Shown here piece after piece: positions 47,911-57,982 of a stretch of 64,000 nt of DNA (position 1 is its first letter; the number at the start of each line of letters is the position of its first letter). A program made the position numbers and the translations under genes. The notes beneath the pieces were generated by a model that saw nothing but the letters and a program-made list of their open reading frames with translations, was not told where the DNA came from and searched no databases. Location: positions 192,001 through 256,000 of the forward strand of contig CAXXYE010000007.1 in assembly GCA_963674865.2 (NCBI GenBank), given 5' to 3'. The DNA comes from Candidatus Hydrogenedentota bacterium (GTDB lineage: Bacteria; Hydrogenedentota; Hydrogenedentia; Hydrogenedentales; SLHB01).

Positions 47911-50394
47911 TTACTGCACGTATCCCGCGAAGCGATGGCGCATCTTGCGTACGCGCCAGAGGCCTCCATCGACGTCGACTGCCATGCTCGGGATATCGCG
48001 GTAGTGATCTTGCCCAGCGTACGTATCGTACTGAATGTCTCCCGCCGTTTCGAGCGTTATCACCCCGTCTTCCCACTCGGCGGAGACGGCGCCGGGCGCA
48101 TCGGAAGTCACTTGCAGCAAGCCTTCCGGAGTCGTCAGGGCGAGGCGCGTCCCGCCTACAAACAACACGGCCTCCGCATCTCGCGCGAGACTCAGTGCCG
48201 CGTCGCTTTCGAGAGACACGCCATCCTGAAACCGGCTTGCACCCGCACCGAAGCAGAGATGGTACGTGTGCGATGCTGTTGTCAGCAGCAGGGATTCGCC
48301 CTCATCTCCTCGCTCAACCTGCCTAAGGTTGGGCGTATCGCGCCATGCATCCCATACGGCCAGAAACGGCGCGTCATCCGTACGCCGCACGCACAATGTC
48401 TGGCATGGCGGGTCCTCCGGCGTGACGAACGCGTTGTCCACGGGATACGTCTCAAGCCCGTAGGCCTCCGTGCCTTCAGCGCCCATCATGGTGAGACGCG
48501 ATGTCACCTCATCCACGCGCCAGCGAACATCCCACGCCTCTGCCGGACTTCCTCGGACGACCCTGCCCGTCCCGTTGTACAGCCACTCGACGGGCTCGAA
48601 CGCCGCGTCCTCCATCGCCATCGAGAAACGCGGCGCCGGGCCCGCGTGATGCGCCATCCAATCGTGGGCGCCGCCACCCTCGACCCGGAAGAAGTCCACG
48701 ATAATATCCTCGATAAGGACCACTGACCGGCGGTAGGTATTAGCCTCAGGATAAAGGTTGTCGCCGTGCAGCTCGGCGAACTTCGCCACCGGGCCCGCGA
48801 AGAAGTAGGCCACCCTCGGCGTCTCCTCCGCGCAAAGGGCCTCGCCCTGCTTCTGGGAGCGGCGATTCACGGTGACGGTGTTGTGCGACGGGGACAAGGT
48901 GCCCAGCTCCCGCGTCACCGACTCGTTGTAAGGCGTAGCCTTCTCGAGCGCGAGCAGTTTCCCGTGCGAGTAGCTGACGAGCGTCAGGCGATCCGCGTGC
49001 TGGTGGCCGCCTCCGGCGATGAGCGCGTTGAGGCCGACCCATACCCGGTTGCCTTGCCACTCATTGCGCAAGGCCACCCACCCACTGGACAGATAGGAGC
49101 TTGTGAAGGGCGTGTAACGCTGGACAATCTCAGGCGCTCCGTGGAGCAGGCCCGCCCAACTCCGCTGCCCATCGCGCAGTGCATCGTAGTCTCCCACGGC
49201 CCGGATATCGAAGAAGCGATAACCCACTTCCGCCGTGGTGAAGTACGAGTCCATCCCCGCCCGCGAGATCGTCGAGTCGCCCAGAACCGGCATCGAGCGA
49301 TCCGGCATCGCCAGCGAGATAAACCACTGAAGGGCCTTGTAGAGCACCTTTCCTGCGGCACTTGCCCGATCCGTGAGGTCGTATTGCCTCGCGGGGAACC
49401 GGACGGAATCCATCTGCGTGAGATGGTGGGACAGCACGGCCAATTCGCAGAAATGATGCAGCGGGTAAAGATGATAGCCTGAACACAACTCCCAATATGC
49501 CCCGTCCGGATTGAAATGCGTCGCCACCAGGCGCCGGATGCTGCGATGCTCCGGCTCGTTCGCCGGGGCGAACGGGCCATACCCGAAACTCCAGTCGATC
49601 AGATCCTCCCGTTCGAGCGCCAGCGCCGTCTGGATGATGGTGCGATGCCATTGATAGACGTTGTTGTGATTGTACGTGTAGATGGGCTCCAGCATCAGAT
49701 CTTCGAGCATACGCGTGAGCGCATGCTTCTCGAAGCGCGCCCGCTGCGCTTCCGTCATACGGCCCCGCAGCAACTCGTAGGCACGCGCCAAGTCATAGAG
49801 AATCTTGTTATCCCCCTCCCGGTGGTACGTCAGGATGCGGGAGAACTGGTGATCCTCGGCAACGTCCGTCGGAAGTCCTTCGAGCACCTCCGCATACAGC
49901 ATGAGCAGCTCGATGCCCCGCTCGGTGTAGCGCTCCTTGCCCTCGACCCGCGCCATCAAGCCCAGGTCGGCCGCGACGCTGCACGCGTTCTGGTAGAACC
50001 GGCATGCCCACCCATCATACATCGTCCCGTGATACCGGTGCTCCGGCGGGTAAATCCCTGCATCCGTCTCCGAAGCGTAATGCGCGCCGCAGATGGGACA
50101 CGCGAACGTGTCCGGCTGGAAGGGATCGAACGTGAGGGCGTGGCGATCTTTAGGACACGAGAAATTGTGGTACACGTTGCCCCGCCTCCTGGGGAACACG
50201 CGCCGCAACTCCTCGTAGGATGCATCTAACCAAGGAGCTACAATCTCCTTGCGCGTTGCGTAAACCGCCTGCGCCCAGTCATAGGCCGCGATGCGCTCAC
50301 GGACTTCCTCGATGGTTGACTCCGTGACGATCCCGGCCGGATGTTCCCACTGAACCGCGCACACCTGAGCTAGGATGATCAACAAGACGGGCAT
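47911..50394 (-). CDS. Heparinase II/III-like polysaccharide lyase
   Basis: HNN, DG.YWE...GYH.Y, GH.HADRL, SHNTVTV, YRRSV; signal-like N-terminus; CP...CPICG segment. Confidence 0.78.
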   Translation of the reverse strand: MPVLLIILAQVCAVQWEHPAGIVTESTIEEVRERIAAYDWAQAVYATRKEIVAPWLDASYEELRRVFPRRRGNVYHNFSCPKDRHALTFDPFQPDTFACPICGAHYASETDAGIYPPEHRYHGTMYDGWACRFYQNACSVAADLGLMARVEGKERYTERGIELLMLYAEVLEGLPTDVAEDHQFSRILTYHREGDNKILYDLARAYELLRGRMTEAQRARFEKHALTRMLEDLMLEPIYTYNHNNVYQWHRTIIQTALALEREDLIDWSFGYGPFAPANEPEHRSIRRLVATHFNPDGAYWELCSGYHLYPLHHFCELAVLSHHLTQMDSVRFPARQYDLTDRASAAGKVLYKALQWFISLAMPDRSMPVLGDSTISRAGMDSYFTTAEVGYRFFDIRAVGDYDALRDGQRSWAGLLHGAPEIVQRYTPFTSSYLSSGWVALRNEWQGNRVWVGLNALIAGGGHQHADRLTLVSYSHGKLLALEKATPYNESVTRELGTLSPSHNTVTVNRRSQKQGEALCAEETPRVAYFFAGPVAKFAELHGDNLYPEANTYRRSVVLIEDIIVDFFRVEGGGAHDWMAHHAGPAPRFSMAMEDAAFEPVEWLYNGTGRVVRGSPAEAWDVRWRVDEVTSRLTMMGAEGTEAYGLETYPVDNAFVTPEDPPCQTLCVRRTDDAPFLAVWDAWRDTPNLRQVERGDEGESLLLTTASHTYHLCFGAGASRFQDGVSLESDAALSLARDAEAVLFVGGTRLALTTPEGLLQVTSDAPGAVSAEWEDGVITLETAGDIQYDTYAGQDHYRDIPSMAVDVDGGLWRVRKMRHRFAGYVQ

Positions 50395-50550
50395 TCGGAT
50401 AAATCCTCTCTAATCCCGCCCATGATAGCATGGCCTGCCGCCTTGCTGGTGCGCCGCTATCGGATAACTCAGCGGCGCCGCACAACAACGCTTTTTCGGC
50501 CCGATTCCGACAAGTACCTCGGAACTTCTCACTGGATTTGTGGATAGACA

Positions 50551-50580
50551 TTGACGGGCGAGTATAAGACGCCATACTAT
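50551..50580 (+). promoter_or_regulatory. Possible sigma-70 promoter
   Basis: TTGACG-18 nt-TACTAT upstream of 50630. Confidence 0.45.
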
Positions 50581-50629
50581 GCCCGCTGTCATTCGCCATA
50601 TGACGGGCCGATGAAGTACCAGCCGGGAG

Positions 50630-52828
50630 GTGTTGCACATGGGGAGGAGAAGCGGGTGGTTCGGCGCGAGCCGGCCTTTCGTTGTCGTGGCCGGAACGAT
50701 ACTCGGAGTGGCTCTTATCCTGGCCGCCGCCTCATGCGGTTCGAAGGAGGAGCTCCCTCCCCAGAAAGAGCAAGTAAGTACCACACCGCCGACACCGGCT
50801 CCTGTTGGAGCTGCCGAGCCCCAGGATTCCGCCACACCGGAAGCCCAGCCACCGGAGGCCGTTGAACGGCTCGAAGCCGAGGTTACCGTCCCGGCGGAGC
50901 CTGAGCCGGCCCCCGCCGAACTCGCTGAAGAACCCAAGACGCAGGCCGATGAGGGCCTGTCCGAACCTTCTCCTGCGGCGCCGGCCGACGAAGAGGAGCC
51001 TTTACCGCCTATTCGAGAGCCGCAGCCCGCAATTGACGCTGGCACGGCCTCACCTGAGGAGGCGGCGCAGGACGAGCCAACATCGGCCTCTCCTAGCGAG
51101 GCGGAGGCGTCGGAAAGCGCTACTGGCGCCGCCGTGACGCGGGAGAAATCGTCGTCCGAAGCGCTGCCGGAGCCGCAGCTTCTGGCCAAGTCTGCCGGAC
51201 GGGATGAAACCACCCCGGTGTCCGGCCCCGCCGTGAAGCGGGAGTCCCCATCCGAGACGCTGGCGGAGTTGCAGCGCCGGGCCAAATCAATCAGCCGCGA
51301 CGAACACGCCGCGCTTCCTGCTCCCATAGCGCCCGAGGTGTCGGATAGCGTCGCTGCCGTGACGGAGGAGGAGCCGGCATCGGAAGGATTGCCGGAGCCG
51401 CAGGTTCTGGCAAAATCTGTCTCCCATGACAAACCCGCCCCACTGCCTGTTCGCGCTACGCCGGAGGCGGAGGGCGTCACAGCCGCCCGCCAGGCGATGG
51501 AAGCAGCAAAGGCATATGCGGACAGCCTCGATGCCGTGCTTTGGGCCGAGGAGAGTTACCAAGAAGGCCTGGATGCCGAGGCGTCGGCTAAAGAGCCGGC
51601 CTCCGACGAGGAAACCATCCTGGCACTGCAGGAAGGACAGGAGGCCTATCGTCAAGCTGCCGCCGCCGTCCATGCCCGGCTCAAGTCCATTGACGCGCTC
51701 AAAGCCCAGGCCGGAAAGGCGCGCGCCGAGGCGGCCTCGGCCGGAGGCGAGGGCCTTGCTCCGGAAGCCTTCCGGCAAGCGGAAACGCAATGGGACGCCG
51801 CGGAAGAAGCGCGCGGTGACCTCAAATCCGCGGAAGAGGCCTACCGCCTTGCCTCGTTGAGCTTCCGGAAGGCCATCGAGGTAGTTGAAGAGAAGCGCCG
51901 CGCCTCAGGTGAGAGCGAAGCGGCAAGGCTGGCCGCCAACAAGGCCCGCCTCGCCGTCGCCGACGATGTCCGCCGGCTGGCCCACGAGATGGTAGCGGCC
52001 GCCGACGACGCATGGCTCGCGGCCGAGGAAGTCAGAGAAGATTCCACTAAGGCCGTACCCCTGTACGACAAAGCCCGCGCGGGCTATGCGGAAGCTCTCC
52101 GACAGGCTACCCGGCAGCGACGGAAAGATGCCTGGGCCAAGCTGCGCGACGCGGGCATTACGGTCTCCGCGACGGGCGACGCGGCGTTCGCCACCATCGG
52201 CGAGGCCATCGCGCACGCCGGCGCCAACAGCGCCATTTTTATCAAGCCTGGCGTGTACAGAGAGCGCCTTGTCATTGATAAGCCCGTCGTGCTTGTCGGG
52301 GAGGGCGACGCGGGACAGGTGATCGTCGAAGTCTCCGGCCGCGACTGCCTTGTCATGCGCGCCCGGGAGGCCCTTGTGCACGGCCTGACGATCCGCGCGA
52401 CGACCGGGCCCGAAAACCAGATGGTTCACGCCGTTTACATCGTCAGTGGCATGCCGGTGTTCGAGTCTTGCGACATCAACTCGAATTCCTTGACCTGTGT
52501 CGCTGTGCGCGGCAAAGGAACCGACGCCGTATTCCGCGACTGCACCTTCCGCGGCAGTACGGAAGCGGGCATTATCGTCTACGATGAGGCCAGGAGCACC
52601 ATTGAGGACTGCACCATTGCCGACAACGACGATGCAGGCGTCCAGGTGAAGCCCAACTCGAGCGTGGTTGTCCGTCGATGCGCCATTAACCAGAACGGCC
52701 GCCAGGCCATCGAGGTGTATCCCGGAGCCGCCGCCACAGTCGAAGACTGCGACCTTACCAACAACGCCGCGGGCCCGTGGCGTGTAGCGGCCGCCGCACG
52801 CGTCGAGCGACGCGACAACAAGGAATAG
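50630..52828 (+). CDS. Lipoprotein with P/A/E-rich stalk, helical region and C-terminal right-handed beta-helix
   Basis: LAAASC lipobox; TIGEAI..A.....IFIKPGVYRE.LVIDKP followed by parallel beta-helix repeats. Confidence 0.8.
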   Translation: MLHMGRRSGWFGASRPFVVVAGTILGVALILAAASCGSKEELPPQKEQVSTTPPTPAPVGAAEPQDSATPEAQPPEAVERLEAEVTVPAEPEPAPAELAEEPKTQADEGLSEPSPAAPADEEEPLPPIREPQPAIDAGTASPEEAAQDEPTSASPSEAEASESATGAAVTREKSSSEALPEPQLLAKSAGRDETTPVSGPAVKRESPSETLAELQRRAKSISRDEHAALPAPIAPEVSDSVAAVTEEEPASEGLPEPQVLAKSVSHDKPAPLPVRATPEAEGVTAARQAMEAAKAYADSLDAVLWAEESYQEGLDAEASAKEPASDEETILALQEGQEAYRQAAAAVHARLKSIDALKAQAGKARAEAASAGGEGLAPEAFRQAETQWDAAEEARGDLKSAEEAYRLASLSFRKAIEVVEEKRRASGESEAARLAANKARLAVADDVRRLAHEMVAAADDAWLAAEEVREDSTKAVPLYDKARAGYAEALRQATRQRRKDAWAKLRDAGITVSATGDAAFATIGEAIAHAGANSAIFIKPGVYRERLVIDKPVVLVGEGDAGQVIVEVSGRDCLVMRAREALVHGLTIRATTGPENQMVHAVYIVSGMPVFESCDINSNSLTCVAVRGKGTDAVFRDCTFRGSTEAGIIVYDEARSTIEDCTIADNDDAGVQVKPNSSVVVRRCAINQNGRQAIEVYPGAAATVEDCDLTNNAAGPWRVAAAARVERRDNKE

Positions 52829-53124
52829 CCGGCTGCGGCTTGCGCAGCAAACGCGGTCGGCCGACGAGCGACCCCTCGCCCCAAGTGTCCAAGACAAATC
52901 GCTGTCCGGATCTCCGTAACCATCCGCCGGACTGAGTTCGGACCACTGCGCTCTACCGCAATCGCCGGATAATTCGACAGTGCCGCGTACTCGTCGCTTC
53001 TGACAGACTTTGTCTTCTGAGGCATACTCACCCATTAGCTCAAGCCGCTCGTCTTGCCGATGTCGTTGCCTCTAATGACCTGATGCGCGGCACAATCGGC
53101 AGTCCGGCCACCGGGGCTCTGCCC

Positions 53125-53153
53125 TTGATAGGCTCGGAAGTCCGCACTATAAT
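53125..53153 (+). promoter_or_regulatory. Sigma-70 promoter
   Basis: TTGATA-17 nt-TATAAT, 55 nt upstream of ATG 53209. Confidence 0.7.
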
Positions 53154-53208
53154 CACGTCGGGGAAAGTGGGGACGGGCTTGTCGTTCCGGAACTGACGAG
53201 GTGATGAA

Positions 53209-54912
53209 ATGCCCGAGGAAGCCAAGGTCGACGTTTTCAAGCCGCTGGAATCTCTTATTGACGAGGCAAGTCGCCAGGCGCAGGAGCGGCGGCAGGCCCT
53301 GGCCGCCAGGGCGCAGGAAGTGACGAGGACGCTCGAATCGCTGGCGGCGGATGCCGCCCAGGCGCTTCAGGCCCCCGATGCGGCCCTCAATGATCTGCGC
53401 AAGGAACTGCAAAACCTGCGGCGAAGATTCGCGGATAGTCTTGATACGGCCGAGAGCTTCCGGCAGCGCGCCATCAAACTCGAGCAGGATCTGTCCGAAC
53501 TCGGCGAAGCGGAGCAGCGTGCGAAGGCCCGGATTGCCGAACTGGAACAAACGCTTGGGGGCCGCAATGAAGCCGAGCAGGCCCTGAAGGAACAAAGCGC
53601 CCGTCTCGAAGGCGAGCTGGCGGAAGCGCGCAACGCCTTGCAGTCCGCCGCCGAACGCGCGTCCCAACTCGAAGACGAGCTGGCGCAGCGTACTCGAGCC
53701 GGTGAAGAGGCCCAGCCCCGGATCGAGGCCCTCGAACAAGAGGTCGCCGCCCGCGCCGAGGACCTTGAAAAGACGCGCAAGGAATTCGAGGAAGTCAATG
53801 CTGCCCTTGCCGAACGTCAGGACATGGCCCAGAAGCGCAAGGCCCGCATCGCCAAACTGGAGAACCAGCTTGCCGAAACCCAGGAAGCGGGCAGAAAGTT
53901 GCAGGAGCAAACGGCCGCCCTCGAACAGGAGGCGGCGCAGCAGCGGGGAAACGCTGATAGTCTCCAGGCGCAACTGGCCGAACGTGATGGCGCCGAGGCC
54001 CGACTCCGCGAGGATGTCAAGGCCCTTCAAGAGCTGCAGGCCCAAGCTTCCGCATCACAAGAGCGCCTCGCGAGTGAATGCGACGCGAAGGTGGCCGAAG
54101 CCGAGCGCATGCTCGATGCTGAACGCAGGCGCGCCGATCTCGCCGAGGCCCATCTTACGGAGGAAACGGCCAACGGCACGAAGTCGGCCTTGGCACGCCA
54201 ATTGGCTGAGGCCCTTGAAGACAAGGAGAAGACCTATAAGGAGCTGCTAACGCTCCGTGGGGAGGTTGAAGAACTGCGCAGGGCCCCGGCATCGACGCCG
54301 CCCGAGGCCGGGCCACCGGTTGTATCCGAATCCCCTGCAGAAGAAGCTCAGCCCGAGCCGGAACCGGCCTTGTCCGACGAGCCGCCCGAACCGGCCGCGC
54401 CTGCCGTCGAGACGCCTGCACCTCCGGAGCCGCCCGCTGAAGTCGTGAAGCCGCCGAAGAAGCCCCGCGCCAGAAAGCGCGCACAAGACCAAATCGGCGA
54501 TATCCTGGTGCAGATGGGCGCCGTGACCTCCGAGCAACTCCAATCTGGCCTCGATGAGCAGGAAGCCGCTCCGCAGAAACGCTTGGGCGACATTCTTGTC
54601 GAGAAGGGCTTCACCACGGAAGAGGCCGTTGGAGGGGCGTTGGCCAAGCAGCGGAAGACGGACTTCATCCATCTGGATAAACGAACGGTGGACCCCGAAG
54701 CGGCAGCCTCCATTACGGGCCGCCTCGCCGCTCAACATGCTTGTGTGCCGGTGGCCATCCGCGATGAGACCCTCATCCTGGCCATGGCCAATCCGCTCGA
54801 CCTGATTGCCATTGAGGATGTCGAGCGCGCTACCGGCCGGGGCGTTCAGGTTGTTGTCGCGACTCCCACGGACGTCCGCGAGACCATTAGCCGGATCTAT
54901 GAGAGCGCTTAG
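53209..54912 (+). CDS. Coiled-coil protein with a C-terminal MshEN (GspE/PilB N-terminal) domain
   Basis: Tandem QIGDILVQMGAVTSEQLQSGLDEQ / RLGDILVEKGFTTEEAVGGALAKQ, then LILAMANPLDLIAIEDV; no Walker motifs. Confidence 0.85.
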   Translation: MPEEAKVDVFKPLESLIDEASRQAQERRQALAARAQEVTRTLESLAADAAQALQAPDAALNDLRKELQNLRRRFADSLDTAESFRQRAIKLEQDLSELGEAEQRAKARIAELEQTLGGRNEAEQALKEQSARLEGELAEARNALQSAAERASQLEDELAQRTRAGEEAQPRIEALEQEVAARAEDLEKTRKEFEEVNAALAERQDMAQKRKARIAKLENQLAETQEAGRKLQEQTAALEQEAAQQRGNADSLQAQLAERDGAEARLREDVKALQELQAQASASQERLASECDAKVAEAERMLDAERRRADLAEAHLTEETANGTKSALARQLAEALEDKEKTYKELLTLRGEVEELRRAPASTPPEAGPPVVSESPAEEAQPEPEPALSDEPPEPAAPAVETPAPPEPPAEVVKPPKKPRARKRAQDQIGDILVQMGAVTSEQLQSGLDEQEAAPQKRLGDILVEKGFTTEEAVGGALAKQRKTDFIHLDKRTVDPEAAASITGRLAAQHACVPVAIRDETLILAMANPLDLIAIEDVERATGRGVQVVVATPTDVRETISRIYESA

Positions 54913-54937
54913 TCCACGGCGCTGAGGGCGCCCGATA

Positions 54938-56035
54938 CTACAGGGCGCACTCCCACAAGTAGCTCGCCCGCTCGGGGTGGTCAGTCTCACCGACATAAGC
55001 CAAGCCATCGGGCGCCAGGGCGAGATCGTGCGGCATGAAACACGGGACGCCCGTATCCTTGTCGACGATGTGCCCCAGGTCGTTGAACAGTCCTGAAGTA
55101 CGGTCGTACGTGAGAATGTGTACGTCGTACTCGCCCCCGGCAGCCATGTAGATAAGCCCATCCTCGCCGCAGACGAGTGCGGGTATCCGCCATTTCGGAA
55201 GCGGCTTTCCGAGAAACGTCACCTGCGGGGAGTCGGGATCCGAGGGGTCGAGTCGCACGAGCGCCCCTTGCGTGGTGCCGATGTACATATAGCCGTCGCC
55301 GCCGTTCACGATGCCGTCAAGCGCGCCCGCGTCCGTCCGCTCCAAGCCGGGTAGTTTGACGCGCGAGAAATGGAGCCGGTCGGCGTCCAGGTCGTAGGCC
55401 AGCAGGAAGTCCTCCTTGCGCGCTTTGCCCCATGTGCCCCACACCCGCCCGTGATCATCCTGGCCCAGCCGGTGGGGCATGCTGCCGATGTAATGCTCGC
55501 GGACCGTCCTGCCTTCCTCGAGGTCATAGCAGAAGAACTTCGACACCGGATGAGTTCCCCCGCAGATCTTCCGCCGCTCCGTGTCCAAGGTGATATTCTG
55601 TATATAGTCCCATGCCACGGGGATGCCGAGTTTTGTGATCGCATCCGTCTTCGGATCGAACACGAACAACGAGCCGCCCGGCGCATCCGCCCGATCATCC
55701 GGGCGGTGTTGCCCTGCCGTTGCCCCATAGATTGTCCCGTCCGTATCGATCTCAAGGGAACGATGGATCTTCACCTCAAACCGCTCGGCCTGCTCGGCGT
55801 AGTTGAGACAAATGAACTTCCGTGCCTTGCGGTCGAACCGGTAGAGCAGGTCGTTGTCGAACGCCGTGGTGCCCAGATACAGGTAATCGTCCGCATGGTA
55901 GCGCACCGTGGTAAACGCCCCGAGTCCGTGGGCGTAACCCGGATCCCCCTGCAACTGCCGGAAGCTCATGCCCGCCCAGTGTCTTAGTGTCAGTGCTTCA
56001 GGCAGGTCGCGAAGTATGTGCGCCTTGCACTCCAT
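54938..56035 (-). CDS. Hypothetical beta-propeller protein
   Basis: Repeated DG.IY.G / L..YD blades; GGAGGGG RBS. Confidence 0.75.
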   Translation of the reverse strand: MECKAHILRDLPEALTLRHWAGMSFRQLQGDPGYAHGLGAFTTVRYHADDYLYLGTTAFDNDLLYRFDRKARKFICLNYAEQAERFEVKIHRSLEIDTDGTIYGATAGQHRPDDRADAPGGSLFVFDPKTDAITKLGIPVAWDYIQNITLDTERRKICGGTHPVSKFFCYDLEEGRTVREHYIGSMPHRLGQDDHGRVWGTWGKARKEDFLLAYDLDADRLHFSRVKLPGLERTDAGALDGIVNGGDGYMYIGTTQGALVRLDPSDPDSPQVTFLGKPLPKWRIPALVCGEDGLIYMAAGGEYDVHILTYDRTSGLFNDLGHIVDKDTGVPCFMPHDLALAPDGLAYVGETDHPERASYLWECAL

Positions 56036-56376
56036 GAGATTCCCCTCCTTGTCTCGAAGCTACCCCGGTGGCTGCCGGGCCTCCGGCAGAAGATGAAGCG
56101 CAGTATACCCTTTGTATCGTGGCTATGCACTGTGCTCTGGAACATGCGTAGCCCAGAGTTCATCAGATCCCGCGCATCCCGGCCGCCAAAGGACGCGCTC
56201 CGTCCGCTCTGAGATCTCAAATCTGAGATCCTCCCTGTCCACACCGCACCCGAGTGGGACCCACGCCGCCAGGTACCAGCTGGACCTTGGGAGTCGGTTC
56301 CGCGGGACATATCAAGCCAAGGGCTCTCCGTTACCGTGTTCCGTGCCCTTCCGCTGGCTTCCGGCTTCCCTCGGCT

Positions 56377-57855
56377 TCACTGACCTCGCCTCGGATCCAG
56401 AAGAAGATCCCCAATGTCCCCGTCGTAGCCGCAGGCGGAAAGCAGGGCCAAATGCGGCGCGAACTCGCCCACCTCATAGAGATTGTGCGCGTCACTGCCG
56501 AATGTGAGCGGGACGTCCGCCTCAATGCAGCGCCGGAAGAACGCCGCTGGCGGCTCGTTGGTGTGAAAATTCACCTCCGCGGCCACCCGATGCTCCCGCA
56601 GCAACTTCACTGTTGGCTCGAAAAGCGCCTCCGGCGTCTCGACCCCCGCACGGCGGAACACGCGAAACGGATGCGCCAGCACGCGAATCCCGCTTTTCAG
56701 AAAGCGCTCCAAAGTGCCCAGGAACTCCTCGGATGCCTTTGGCAACGAGGGCGATGGCCCCTGAAGCGAACGCAGCCGATGCATCGCCCCGATGAGGTAG
56801 CTGAATTGGCCCTTATCTTCACGCAGGAGCACCGGACGGCCTTCAAAGTCGCAGTCTACTTCCGTCGCCACATTCTCCGGCGGACAACCGGCCGCCTCGG
56901 CCGCGTCGAGGTAGGCCTCGATACGCCGCTGCCTGCCCTGCGCCCACGCGATTCCCTCGTTGAGAAACGCCCCTTCCCAGTACGTCGCCTTGTCGAAGTA
57001 GAGATGGCCTGTGTGCTCGGCGAACACCAGCCCGGCAAGCCCGAACTCCTCGCCCAGTCTCATGGCCTTGGCGATATCCATGTTCTCATTGCAGTACGCG
57101 AAAGGCGTGTGCACGTGCGTATCAACCAGTTCCAGTTCATCAGGCATGCGCAGCGCGTGTTCCCGCACCGAAATGCCCGTTTCGCCCAAATCGATTTCGA
57201 GAAACCGGAACGGCGCTTCACACACAGCGGGTGCGACGAGAAAGGCTACGCCCTCCTGTTCAATCAGCCCTACCCCGCGATGATGATGGCCGCTGAGCGC
57301 CAGCCTGATCCCCCGCTGCCGCATCGCCGCGACCACTTCCTCCGCGTTCACGTAGTTGACCGGGCAATCCGACGTCCCCGGAGGAAATACGGGGCAATGC
57401 TGCACGGCGACGATAGGGCCGTCGAAACCGGCCCGTGCGGCCGCCATGCGCTCGAGATCCGCCGGCGTGCGCCGCGCGTTGTAGTCCGGCTCCTCCGGAT
57501 CCAAAAAGGCCACGAAGCGGCACCCCTTGACGTCTGTCACCTCGGGAGGGCGCTCGAACGCTTTGTAGAACGCATCGATCGAGCCATCGTGGTTCCCCGG
57601 GATGGCGATCACCGGCCCTTCGATCTTGTCCGCGATATCCCGCAGTGAAGCCAGGTCCTCGGCGGCTCCGGGGGCCTCGCCGCAATCCACCAGATCGCCC
57701 ACGAGCAGCGTGATATCCGGCCGGATGAGCCGGTTGAGGCGGTGTGCCGCCCTTAGCAAGATGACATCCGCGATATCGCGCCGGCGAGCCCCTCCCGCCG
57801 GATCCCCATTGTTGTCATAATGCACATCGGCAACGACGGCGATCTTCACATGCAT
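56377..57855 (-). CDS. Calcineurin-like metallophosphoesterase-PHP domain fusion
   Basis: N-half DVH, GDLVD, PGNHD, SGHHH; C-half DTHVHT, EH, HPFR, FGSDAH; start reset to ATG 57855. Confidence 0.85.
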   Translation of the reverse strand: MHVKIAVVADVHYDNNGDPAGGARRRDIADVILLRAAHRLNRLIRPDITLLVGDLVDCGEAPGAAEDLASLRDIADKIEGPVIAIPGNHDGSIDAFYKAFERPPEVTDVKGCRFVAFLDPEEPDYNARRTPADLERMAAARAGFDGPIVAVQHCPVFPPGTSDCPVNYVNAEEVVAAMRQRGIRLALSGHHHRGVGLIEQEGVAFLVAPAVCEAPFRFLEIDLGETGISVREHALRMPDELELVDTHVHTPFAYCNENMDIAKAMRLGEEFGLAGLVFAEHTGHLYFDKATYWEGAFLNEGIAWAQGRQRRIEAYLDAAEAAGCPPENVATEVDCDFEGRPVLLREDKGQFSYLIGAMHRLRSLQGPSPSLPKASEEFLGTLERFLKSGIRVLAHPFRVFRRAGVETPEALFEPTVKLLREHRVAAEVNFHTNEPPAAFFRRCIEADVPLTFGSDAHNLYEVGEFAPHLALLSACGYDGDIGDLLLDPRRGQ

Positions 57856-57982
57856 AGAATGTACATCCTCTATGGCTCTCGGATTTTGTACTGGCCACGC
57901 GGAGTCAGTTACCGAACTCCAGCGAAATGTCGCTGTCCAAGCCACCGATACGTGGCCGTTGACGCTGGAGTTTCTTGATTCA

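Noticed and set aside
57892..57957. tRNA/tmRNA fragment or c-di-GMP-I riboswitch
   Set aside because: A 7-bp closing stem and CAGTTACCGAA are present, but there is no TTCRA T-loop or D-arm and no GGCAAA/GACGCAAA core
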